A stretch of DNA of 50,841 nt from Deltaproteobacteria bacterium (GTDB lineage Bacteria; Desulfobacterota; BSN033; UBA1163), in contig JBBIRT010000003.1 in assembly GCA_037441725.1 (NCBI GenBank), positions 1 through 50,841 on the forward strand, in the 5' to 3' direction. The number at the start of each line of letters is the position of its first letter. Positions within the stretch are counted from its first letter, which is position 1. The position numbers were made by a program, and so were the translations under genes. This document shows, piece by piece, positions 8,879 to 18,079 of the stretch. The notes below the pieces were generated by a model. It did not search any database and had not been told where the DNA came from. It worked only from the letters and a program-made list of their open reading frames with translations.

Positions 8879-9295
8879 ATGAACTACTCTGAAACAATCC
8901 CTATCAGCACCAAAGGATTTACCGATATCCTTGACATCACTCCTCAGGTGGACGGAGTTGTAGATCGCTCAGGGATTAAGAATGGATTGGTGACGGTATT
9001 CTGTCCTGGATCAACTGGAGCCATCACCACCATAGAAAATGAATCAGGGGTGCTCAAAGATTTACAAAAGGTAATAGAAAGGATCGCCCCATCCGATATT
9101 CCCTACGAACATGATCGGCGTTGGGGGGATGGAAATGGTTTTTCCCATGTGAGGGCGGCTTTGATGAAGCCCTCTCTGACCATTCCTCTTGTTCAAGGAA
9201 GATTGACCCTGGGGACATGGCAACAGATTGTCTTTATCGATTTTGACAATCGTAAGAGAAGCAGAGGGCTATTGGTCCATATTATCGGTGATTAA
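8879..9295 (+). CDS. yjbQ: YjbQ/UPF0047 family protein (secondary thiamine-phosphate synthase-like)
   Basis: 138 aa with [15 protein letters not shown]...HVRAAL...LTIP...[11 protein letters not shown] blocks. SD GGGAGGG precedes ATG 8879. The longer ORF 8477-9295 is only an upstream open extension. Confidence 0.85.
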   Translation: MNYSETIPISTKGFTDILDITPQVDGVVDRSGIKNGLVTVFCPGSTGAITTIENESGVLKDLQKVIERIAPSDIPYEHDRRWGDGNGFSHVRAALMKPSLTIPLVQGRLTLGTWQQIVFIDFDNRKRSRGLLVHIIGD

Positions 9296-10601
9296 CCCCT
9301 TTCTTTCTGAATCTGAGTCGGACCGAAACTCCCTCAAAACCAAAATTTTCTCTGATCTGATTCATTAAATAGCGCTCATAGGAGAAGTGAATGCCTTCAG
9401 GAAAATTGGCCTGAATGACAAATGTTGGAGGAGCAATGGAGACTTGAGTGAATTAATTCAGCTTCACATTCCTGTTCTTATAAAGGGGGGGAGGAAATCT
9501 TTCGACCCAGTCTCTAAAATATCTGTTGAGTTGGGAGGTAGGAATCCGCTTTTTGGTTTGCTCTGAAACATGATCGACCATCTCTAAAACCTTATGGACC
9601 CTTTGGCCCGTAAGGGCTGAGATAAAGAGGATTGGAGCATAGGTAAGATATTTCAATGCCTCCCTTACTCTTCTTTCATAATGGATCATGGTTTGAGAAT
9701 CTTTTTCAATGAGGTCCCATTTATTCACCAACAGAATGCATCCCTTTCCCTTTTCATGAATAAACCCTCCAATTCGGGCATCCTGATCCGTCACCCCCTC
9801 CCTCGAGTCCAATAAGAGGAGAGCCACATCTGATCGATCAATGGTTCGAAGGGCCTCCACAATGCTATACTTTTCAAGGCGTAGGGTGATTCGGCTCTTC
9901 CTTCTAATCCCGGCCGTATCGATCAAAGCATATTTCTTCCCCCCTCTCTCAAGATAGGAGTCAATGGCATCTCTGGTCGTTCCAGGGACTTCATCCACAA
10001 GCACTCTTTTATACCCCAATATTCTGTTGATCAAAGAAGATTTTCCAACATTTGGCCTACCCACAACAGCCACTCGGGTGATCTCCTTTCCCCACCTTTC
10101 TTCAATCAAACGGGGTAAGGCCTTCACCACCTCATCCATCAATCCATTCACACCATATCCATGTTCTGCTGAAATGGAATGGATAGGGGCAACCCCCAAC
10201 CCATAAAATTCAATGGCTTTCTCCTCATGCTCCGGTCCATCGATCTTATTGACAAGATAGAAGACCGGTTTATTCAACCTTCTGAGGAGATCCACAATCT
10301 CTTTATCCGATGGGGTGAGGCCCTCTTTCCCATCCATCATGAAAAGGATCACATCCGCTTCTTCCATGGCTAATTGGCATTGCTCGCGCATCTGGATGAA
10401 GATCCGATCTTTTGAAACAGGTTCAAATCCTCCAGTATCAATCAAAGTAAAAACTCTCTCATCCCACTCTGCTTCAGCATAATTTCGATCTCGCGTTACC
10501 CCTGGTTCATCCCAGACAATGGCCTTCCTTCTTCTTACAATCCGATTGAAGAGTGTAGACTTCCCGACATTCGGTCTTCCAACGATGGCGATGAGGGACA
10601 T
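9282..10601 (-). pseudogene. der: ribosome-associated GTPase Der/EngA interrupted by an in-frame TAA at 9453-9455
   Basis: Two G domains (GRPNVGKST, GRPNVGKSS). After the stop the same frame continues as [56 protein letters not shown], which is the conserved Der KH-like C-terminus. Total length is 440 codons. Confidence 0.85.
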
Positions 10602-11275
10602 CACAATCCTCCGTCAGGTTTTAAAATTTCTGAGATATCCTCTAAAACTCCATCCGCACCCACTTCTTCAAACTCCTCTCGTTTTATCCTCCCTGTCAAT
10701 ACTCCAATCGTCTTCATCCCAAGCCTCTTTCCGGCCTCAATGTCGATGAGATGATCTCCTACCATCAAGGCCTTCTCTCCTTGAACCTTCAAGGTTTACA
10801 ATACATGGTTCAGATGTTCTGGATGAGGCTTTACCCTCTTAACAGAATTTCTTGAAGCAAAAGCATCACAATAGTCATCCATGTCGGGGAATAGCCTTCG
10901 AACGGCCTCCTCACAATTCCGAGTAATGATACCCACTTTGATCCCCCTCTTTCTGAGATCTTGGAGAACGATCTTTGTATTGGAAAATAATCTCCCTTTC
11001 TCTGCTGACTCCATCTCTACCTGATAGATGATTTGATGGGCTCTTTGATAAAATTCATTGGCCTCAAAGGGTCTATTTTTACAGAGGATCTTATAAACCT
11101 CGTCAATAATTTCTAATAAATATTTCTCCTGAATGAGTTTCTCCTCAATACCATAATCAAGGATTAATTGATATACCCTTTCTCTCATAAATGCGAAATC
11201 GATATTAAGGTCTGCCAGGGTTCCATCGAAATCGAATAGGATGGCTTGAATTCCCGAAAGGTAGTTCCTCCACAT
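10601..11275 (-). pseudogene. HAD-superfamily hydrolase (phosphoglycolate phosphatase-like) interrupted by an in-frame TAA at 10796-10798
   Basis: Motif I LFDFDGTLAD and KPHPEHL lie upstream of the stop. MVGDHLIDIEAG lies downstream in the same frame. The TGA stop overlaps the der ATG (TGATG). Confidence 0.8.
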
Positions 11276-11576
11276 AATTTAACCCTATTTGAAAATGAGG
11301 GATTAGGATTAGGGGATTATTTATTATCATATTAAAATTTTAAGTCCATAGATTCCAATCCTTTTCTATCCAGATTTTAACATGGTAAAATCTCATCCCC
11401 TTCATTCCTCGTTTATCTTAGCATTCACTCTCTCTCCATCCCTAATAAAATCCTTGATCATCTCTGAGAGATTTGTTATGACCTATTCGGAGGAAATGCG
11501 TCAACTTCCCCTCCATAACCTTTGGAGGGATGGTCTCACCATTAAGCTTAAAATTTTTAAACGGAGATGGGATATA

Positions 11577-13292
11577 ATGAAAAGGTTGGAGGATCAAATA
11601 CGAGTTGCTTTAGGGAAAGGGAAAGTTGATCTTCTGATCAAGAATGGGAAGGTCATCAATGTTTTTACTGGAGAGATCGAAAAGAAGGATATTGCCATTT
11701 TTGATGGAAGGGTTGTGGGATTTGGAGATTATGATTCCAAAAAGAGGATCGATGTCAAAGGCGATTTCCTCTGCCCTGGTCTGATCGACAGCCATGTTCA
11801 TATTGAATCCAGTATGGTCGCCATCCCTGAATTCGCTCGGGCCGTACTCCCTCATGGAACAACCTCTGTGATCATCGATCCCCATGAAATTGCCAATGTC
11901 CTTGGGGTAGAGGGTATCCATTTTATGGCAGCATCAGCCCAAACGGTCCCTTTAAATGTTTTGATCATGCTTCCTTCCTGTGTCCCAGCAACCCCTCTTG
12001 AAACGTCAGGAGCAACCCTCAAATCAAGTGATTTGAAACCCTTATTGAGAGAACCTTGGGCCGTCGGATTAGCCGAGATGATGAATTTCCCTGGGGTCAT
12101 CCATAGGGACCCAGAAATTCTTAAGAAGATTGAGATCGCAAAAGGGAAACGGATTGATGGTCATGCTCCTGCCCTTTCAGGAAAAGATTTATATGCTTAC
12201 CTCACCGCTGGTATCCGATCGGACCATGAATGCACCACCCTCAGGGAGGCAGAGGAAAAGTTAAGAAATGGGATGTGGATTATGATCAGAGAAGGAACTA
12301 CGGCAAGAAACCTAAAAGATTTGGTCCCTTTGGTGACAACAAAAAATTCAAGGCGCTTTCTCTTGGTCACAGATGATCGTCATCCAAAAGACCTTCTTCA
12401 GGAAGGCCATATCGATTCCATGATCAGACAGGCCATTAAAAGGGGAATAGATCCGATCATGGCGATTCAGATGGCAACCCTTAATGCGGCAGAATATTTT
12501 AGGCTGGATGACCTCGGAGCGATCGCTCCAGGTTACAGGGCTGATATTGTAGCCTTCGATCACCTCCAACGATTTAAAATCAAGAAGGTCTTTAAAGAGG
12601 GGGAATTGGTTGCGGAAAATGGGAAAATGGTCTCATTCCCTGTAAGGAAGAAAACCCTCAGACCTAAGGGATCGGTCCGAATCAAACCCCTTAAGAAGGA
12701 TGCCCTTGTGCTTCGAAGTCATCAGCCTCTGGCTAAAATCATACAATTGGTCCCGGATCAAATCATTACAAAAAAATTGGTAAGAAAAATCCCCTTAAAA
12801 GATGGGATTGCCTATCAGAATATCAAAGAAGATATTCTTAAGATCGCAGTGGTGGAACGACATAAGGCCACCGGCAATATCGGGATTGGTTTTGTCCAAG
12901 GATTTGGTCTCAGGGAAGGAGCCCTCGGATCATCAGTGGCTCACGATTCCCATAATCTCATTGTGGTGGGAACGAATGACCAAGATATGTTGAAAGCAAT
13001 AGAAGCCATTCAAAAGATGGGGGGCGGATTGGTAGCCGTACTAAGGGAAAAGGTGATAGCCTCCCTTCCCCTACCCATAGCCGGCTTAATGTCAGAGGCA
13101 TCGGTTTCTCAGGTCAATCATCAATTAGAGGTCTTACAAGATGCCGTAAAAAAAATGGGATGTAGAATTCCAGACCCCTTTATGACCCTATCATTTCTGT
13201 CGTTGCCTGTTATCCCGGAATTGAAAATCACTGACAAAGGTCTGGTCGATGTCAATCAATTTAAGAGGGTGCCATTATTCGGAGAAAAATGA
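11577..13292 (+). CDS. ade: adenine deaminase
   Basis: LIDSHVHIESS metal motif, 571 aa. GGAG precedes ATG 11577. The ORF-track start at 11382 adds a non-homologous extension. Confidence 0.88.
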   Translation: MKRLEDQIRVALGKGKVDLLIKNGKVINVFTGEIEKKDIAIFDGRVVGFGDYDSKKRIDVKGDFLCPGLIDSHVHIESSMVAIPEFARAVLPHGTTSVIIDPHEIANVLGVEGIHFMAASAQTVPLNVLIMLPSCVPATPLETSGATLKSSDLKPLLREPWAVGLAEMMNFPGVIHRDPEILKKIEIAKGKRIDGHAPALSGKDLYAYLTAGIRSDHECTTLREAEEKLRNGMWIMIREGTTARNLKDLVPLVTTKNSRRFLLVTDDRHPKDLLQEGHIDSMIRQAIKRGIDPIMAIQMATLNAAEYFRLDDLGAIAPGYRADIVAFDHLQRFKIKKVFKEGELVAENGKMVSFPVRKKTLRPKGSVRIKPLKKDALVLRSHQPLAKIIQLVPDQIITKKLVRKIPLKDGIAYQNIKEDILKIAVVERHKATGNIGIGFVQGFGLREGALGSSVAHDSHNLIVVGTNDQDMLKAIEAIQKMGGGLVAVLREKVIASLPLPIAGLMSEASVSQVNHQLEVLQDAVKKMGCRIPDPFMTLSFLSLPVIPELKITDKGLVDVNQFKRVPLFGEK

Positions 13293-13349
13293 CTCCATTG
13301 GGGGAATGGAATGGTCTAAAAAAGACGCTATGCGCTAAGTGAGGTTCCT

Positions 13350-14666
13350 ATGGATTGGAATCAACTCTTAAAAGAAGCGATTCATTATCTTCAAGAATAC
13401 ATCCGGATCAATACCGTGAATCCTCCTGGAAATGAAATAGAAGGGGTAAGATTTTTAAAAAAAATTTTTAATCGAGAAACTATTCCTTGTGATATTTATG
13501 AACCTTCTTCGGGCCGGGGGAGTCTCCTGGCCACTCTTAAAGGAAATGGGAAAAAAAGACCGATTCTCCTTCTCAGTCATATTGATGTCGTCCCTGCGGA
13601 AAAAGAGCATTGGGTCGTCGATCCTTTTTCAGGGATCATTAAGGATGGGTACCTTTACGGTCGTGGAGCCCTCGATGATAAATCCATGGGGATCATTGAA
13701 ATGATGGCTCTGATCATTTTGAAACGTGAAAATATTCCTTTAAAAAGGGATATCCTCTTTTTGGCCACAGCCGATGAGGAGACAGGAGGGAAATGGGGAG
13801 TCCAGTGGATGATGGAGAACCTCCCCATCCTGAGGGATTGTGAATATGCCCTAAATGAAGGAGGTCATATTATTCTCAATGAAAAAGGAATGGCTGATCG
13901 ATATGAAATCTCTAACGGCCAGAAGATCATGTTTCAACTTCAATTAAAGGCCAAGGGAACTTCAGGCCATGGTTCGATGCCCCATTCTGACAATCCCAAT
14001 GTGAAACTGGTCCATGCCCTTGAGGCCGTTACCAGATGGGAAACCCCTTATCACATCTTACCAATGGTCAAAGAATATTTCTGTAAAATGGCCCCCAAGC
14101 AACCTCTGGAAGAAAGAAAATATTTTGAGGATATTGAAGAAGGGCTTCGGGACCCTTCTTTTTCAGTAAGATTGACCTCCCACCCTGTTTACAATGCCAT
14201 GATCAGAGACACCATCTCTCTGACCATTCTTAAGGCTGGAAACAAAGCCAATGTCATTCCTTCTGAATCCCATGCCACCCTGGATTGTCGTCTCATTCCA
14301 GGTTCTTCAAAAGAAACCTTTTTAGAAGAGATTAAAAAACGATTGGGAAATGATATCGAGGTCACGGGGGAGTTAGAAGGAAAATCCCTTCCCCCTTCTC
14401 CATTTGACACTGAGTTTTTCAAAGCAATTCAGAAATTCGCCTCCTCTAATGACCCCGGTTGCCCGGTCGTCCCTTATCTCCTTCCAGGGGCAACAGATAG
14501 CCGATTTCTAAGGGAGAGGGGAATTATCTCTTATGATTTCTGCCCTTTTCGATTAACCGAGAATGAAATGAGGAGAATTCATGGAAACGATGAACGAATT
14601 GCCTTGGAGAATTTAAAATTTGGAATGATGGCACTGTATGAGATCCTCAAAGAGGTAGTGGCTTAA
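13350..14666 (+). CDS. M20 family metallopeptidase (ArgE/DapE/CPG2-like)
   Basis: SHIDVVPA, GRGALDDKS and ADEETGG motifs. Confidence 0.85.
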   Translation: MDWNQLLKEAIHYLQEYIRINTVNPPGNEIEGVRFLKKIFNRETIPCDIYEPSSGRGSLLATLKGNGKKRPILLLSHIDVVPAEKEHWVVDPFSGIIKDGYLYGRGALDDKSMGIIEMMALIILKRENIPLKRDILFLATADEETGGKWGVQWMMENLPILRDCEYALNEGGHIILNEKGMADRYEISNGQKIMFQLQLKAKGTSGHGSMPHSDNPNVKLVHALEAVTRWETPYHILPMVKEYFCKMAPKQPLEERKYFEDIEEGLRDPSFSVRLTSHPVYNAMIRDTISLTILKAGNKANVIPSESHATLDCRLIPGSSKETFLEEIKKRLGNDIEVTGELEGKSLPPSPFDTEFFKAIQKFASSNDPGCPVVPYLLPGATDSRFLRERGIISYDFCPFRLTENEMRRIHGNDERIALENLKFGMMALYEILKEVVA

Positions 14667-14700
14667 TCTTTGATGAGTGAATGGGGTTTGAGGAGATAAG

Positions 14701-15330
14701 ATGTTTATTGAAGAGATTTCAGGGATTTCCAGGGAAGAGTTCTGGAGACACTATGCAAAGAGTGGCGCCATTGGACTGGTTGGGGGGACATTATGGGTTC
14801 ATCGAGCCATCTGTGAGGCTCAGGCATGGGTCACCCCGGATAAGAAGCCCAGTCTCTGGGCACATGCCTTTATCTTTACAGGTCGAAGACCTGATGGATA
14901 CGATTGGATCGCTGAGTCCGATATCACAGTAGATCTGCTTCGAATGCGAATCATGAATGGAGCACAGGAAAATAGAATTGATAAATACTACAGAAAAGAT
15001 AAGGCCTTAAATTGTGCTGTACTTGATTTCGAATTAAATGATTCAGATACCCATAGGGTGATTCAGAAAGCGCTTGAAATGATATCCCAGAGGATCATGT
15101 ATCCTGTTTCCGGTCTGTTCGGAACATTCCTTGCGTATCTTTTGGGGACTGAAAAATCACAAAATCTGTGGAATACCAAGGATGCACTCTATTGCTCTGC
15201 CTTTGTGAAGGAGGCCTATCTTGCAGCAGGAATTGATCTCTCCAAAGGAGTTTCAACCACCCACACCAGTCCGGAGCACCTCTGGCAGACCAACATCCCT
15301 CACAAGGCATATAGATTAAAGGAACCATGA
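14701..15330 (+). CDS. YiiX/C92-like permuted papain-fold (NlpC/P60) hydrolase, uncharacterised
   Basis: A His-containing block (SLWAHAFIF...WIAES) lies upstream of a catalytic-Cys-like block (LYCSAFVKEAYLAAGIDL). SD GAGGAG precedes the ATG. Confidence 0.55.
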   Translation: MFIEEISGISREEFWRHYAKSGAIGLVGGTLWVHRAICEAQAWVTPDKKPSLWAHAFIFTGRRPDGYDWIAESDITVDLLRMRIMNGAQENRIDKYYRKDKALNCAVLDFELNDSDTHRVIQKALEMISQRIMYPVSGLFGTFLAYLLGTEKSQNLWNTKDALYCSAFVKEAYLAAGIDLSKGVSTTHTSPEHLWQTNIPHKAYRLKEP

Positions 15331-15343
15331 AATAGAAAATCTC

Positions 15344-16273
15344 ATGGAAAAGGATTTTCATTATTACATTACCTATTCGATGGCCAAGCTAACAGGCCTC
15401 GACCATGCAGATCTCATCGCTTATTCCTCTCAATTTGTCGATGATAACAACGAGGGTCAGTTTATCATCGATGAAGGAATAACTTTATTCCCTGAAAAGA
15501 TCCCCACAGGGGATGGAGGATATTATTATCCAGTGATGACCCAATCCCTTTCCCCCAAATCTTTAAGTCCATATATTCAGAAATATGTTTACGTCCCCTT
15601 CCATTTTCTTCCAGGTGATAATGAGGTAGAAATCTATGGGAAAAAGAATCCCCTCAGCACCACCCCAAATTCTAAAAATGCCCAGGCATTACTGAATGAG
15701 GCATTGAAGAGTAAGAATCCTTATCAGATTGGAATTGCCCTGCATACCTTTTCCGATACATGGTCTCATCAAAATTTTTCAGGACTCAGGGAGGAATGGA
15801 ATGCGGTTTACCCCTGGTACGATGTGTTTAAAAAGATCGTACCCAATATTGGACATGCTGAGGTGGGTCACGCTCCAGATGTCATTTCCGAAGATTGGAT
15901 AGACTATCGAATCAATAAGAAGATTATCAATAGAGAGAGGGCCTTTGAGGCGGTAAAGGAAATATATAAGAGATTGAGAAGAAATTCTACTCATGGACCA
16001 ACCTGGAATGAGATAAAGGCTCAATATCAGGAGATCATTTACACATTTGATTATAATGAGAGGATTGCAAAAATAGCCAATTTACTCATCGATCATCAAT
16101 TGGGTCCAATTCCAAACTATTCTAAGGATGATTGGATGAATAAAGCCCTCGATAAGAGGGATGGGAAAATTGTCATCAGCCCTGATTTCTTTCGGACCCA
16201 CTGGTATCATTTCCATCAGGCCGCTAAAATCCATTTTGCCATTGTAATGAATCTCATCAAAGAGCTGTTGTGA
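15344..16273 (+). CDS. hypothetical protein with zinc-phospholipase-C/P1-nuclease-like His/Asp motifs
   Basis: DFHYY at the N-terminus, ALHTFSDTWSHQNFSG (H-x3-D-x3-H) and GHAEVGHAPD. It starts 13 nt after the preceding gene. Confidence 0.5.
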   Translation: MEKDFHYYITYSMAKLTGLDHADLIAYSSQFVDDNNEGQFIIDEGITLFPEKIPTGDGGYYYPVMTQSLSPKSLSPYIQKYVYVPFHFLPGDNEVEIYGKKNPLSTTPNSKNAQALLNEALKSKNPYQIGIALHTFSDTWSHQNFSGLREEWNAVYPWYDVFKKIVPNIGHAEVGHAPDVISEDWIDYRINKKIINRERAFEAVKEIYKRLRRNSTHGPTWNEIKAQYQEIIYTFDYNERIAKIANLLIDHQLGPIPNYSKDDWMNKALDKRDGKIVISPDFFRTHWYHFHQAAKIHFAIVMNLIKELL

Positions 16274-16755
16274 TACCAGGGGCAAATTCACCTGATCCAT
16301 AACCAACTTGAGTTACTTTTTGCGTAAAAGTAATATTGATATCCTTTCTGAAATCTCCCATTCCCTCTGGGATAGATCGATCTCAACGTTACTCTCTTTT
16401 GGGGTAAGAATTTGATGGATGTTCCGATGAGGCACTATTTAAAAGAGCTTGTCTATGGTTTATGTCAAACTAACCTTATTAATTCTTAAAAAAAGGGAGC
16501 CCTCACCCATAAAAGGCTATGTTCACAGATCTGGCAGGAATCTCCTCTAAAATTTTATGGAGCCCCAGGGGGAACGCCCATGTTAATTCCATAGGATACC
16601 TTCCTGTTTTAGAGGCTTCAGTAAGGTTACCTGCATTTTGCGAAATCCACCTTCGGTGGATCATGCGAATGATCATCCCTGCCGGATCACTAAGTTCTCT
16701 GACTCAATGGGGATTAAGAATGAATTGACTTTATATTTGACAAATAGACGACTAA

Positions 16756-17973
16756 ATGTTAAATAAGATTTCTATGATTTATCGCCCTTTATGGATTCGT
16801 CGTATTCAACAGGCATGGAAAAAACGACCAATCGTATGGTTATCAGGAGTTCGCAGGGTAGGAAAAACAACCTTAGCCAAGATGTTTCCCAGAGCCATCT
16901 ACCAGAATTGTGACCTCCCTTCAGTCGCCCGAAGGTTGATCGATCCAGAGCCTTTCTTTGACAGCCTTGATGTTGGAACCATCGTTATATTTGATGAAAT
17001 CCACCATCTGGAAGACCCGAGCCGCCTATTAAAAATTGCAGCGGATGCCTATCCCCATCTGAAAGTGCTTGCAACCGGCTCCTCCACTCTTGCTGCGACT
17101 AAGAAATTTCGGGATAGTCTGACTGGAAGAAAGGAGATCATTTATTTACCACCTGTACTATGGAGTGAATGTTTGGACCAATTCAATATTAAAGAATTAG
17201 ATCGTCGATTACTCCACGGAGGACTGCCAGAACCCTTACTGTCTGAAACCAAGAATGAGGCCTTTTTTTCAGAATGGATGGATAGTTTTTATGCTCGGGA
17301 TATTCAGGAGCTTTTTGGTATTCGCAATCGGACTGGTTTCATGAAATTATTACATCTATTGCTTCGACAAAGTGGAGGTCTCCTGGATTATACCCATCTC
17401 GCGAAGTTAAGTGATTTAAGCCGGCAAACTGTGAAAGCCCATATCGAAGCGATGATGATTGCCCATGCGGTCTTTTTGCTTCCTCCATTTCATGGAGGTG
17501 GTCGAAGGGAAATTACACAGAGACCTAAGTGCTATTGCTTCGATACAGGTTTTGTCACTTTTGTCAAAGGCTGGAATAGCATTCGGGAAGAAGATCAGGG
17601 TCTTCTATGGGAGCATCTGGTTCTTGATACCCTGCGTACTGTTTTTGACCATCATGACTTGTTTTATTGGAGAGATAAATCAGGCCGAGAAGTGGATTTT
17701 GTCGTAAAAGGGGACAGGCAACGATCCGATGTCTTTGAATGCAAGATCAATCCTGATCACTTTGATCCTGCCCACCTTACCCTATTTCGCTCCCTATACC
17801 CATTTGGAAAGAATTACGTGGTAAGTCCCAATATTAAATCTTCCTATGAACGACGTTATGGAGAATTGAAGGTTGATTTCATTCCGATTAGGCAGATTTA
17901 TGATTTGAAATTGAAATCAACCATCTTTAATGCCAAGGCGTTGAAGCCTAACACATCATTAAAAATGGAGTAA
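16756..17973 (+). CDS. AAA-family ATPase with DUF4143-type C-terminal domain
   Basis: Walker A GVRRVGKTT and Walker B IVIFDEIH. 405 aa, and the C-terminal FYWRDKSGREVDFV block is typical of this family. Confidence 0.8.
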   Translation: MLNKISMIYRPLWIRRIQQAWKKRPIVWLSGVRRVGKTTLAKMFPRAIYQNCDLPSVARRLIDPEPFFDSLDVGTIVIFDEIHHLEDPSRLLKIAADAYPHLKVLATGSSTLAATKKFRDSLTGRKEIIYLPPVLWSECLDQFNIKELDRRLLHGGLPEPLLSETKNEAFFSEWMDSFYARDIQELFGIRNRTGFMKLLHLLLRQSGGLLDYTHLAKLSDLSRQTVKAHIEAMMIAHAVFLLPPFHGGGRREITQRPKCYCFDTGFVTFVKGWNSIREEDQGLLWEHLVLDTLRTVFDHHDLFYWRDKSGREVDFVVKGDRQRSDVFECKINPDHFDPAHLTLFRSLYPFGKNYVVSPNIKSSYERRYGELKVDFIPIRQIYDLKLKSTIFNAKALKPNTSLKME

Positions 17974-18079
17974 AGGGAATATAGGATCTTTAATATTATA
18001 TCGATTGGATAGAAATTATTTTTTTATCTTGTGATCAAAAGAATATTTCATTATTCAACAATATAATGAGAAGGGGCAG

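Noticed and set aside
9453-9455. Genome-wide reassignment of TAA/TAG to a sense codon (for example Tyr) as the explanation for the three in-frame stops
   Set aside because: TAA and TAG clearly work as terminators elsewhere in the window. glpC, moaB, the DUF169 gene and yjbQ end in TAA at family-typical lengths, and glpA and moaC end in TAG. Reading through the glpC TAA gives a frame littered with further TAA/TAG codons running into the riboswitch. The nucleotides after the three stops (TAA-T, TAA-A, TAG-G) do not match leaky stop-codon contexts I know of. A consensus error or real nonsense mutations are more likely.
11382-11576. 65-residue N-terminal extension of adenine deaminase, and a possible purine riboswitch in the 300-nt upstream region
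   Set aside because: The extension has no family similarity, and ATG 11577 has a GGAG in front of it. I looked for the purine-riboswitch core elements and a terminator and found neither. There is only a 7-bp hairpin (CCCTCCA...TGGAGGG) with no T tract.
16519-16728. 69-aa ORF in the 480-bp gap upstream of the ATPase
   Set aside because: It has no ribosome-binding site, and its composition is unlike the neighbouring genes. It is kept only as part of the unexplained-gap finding.
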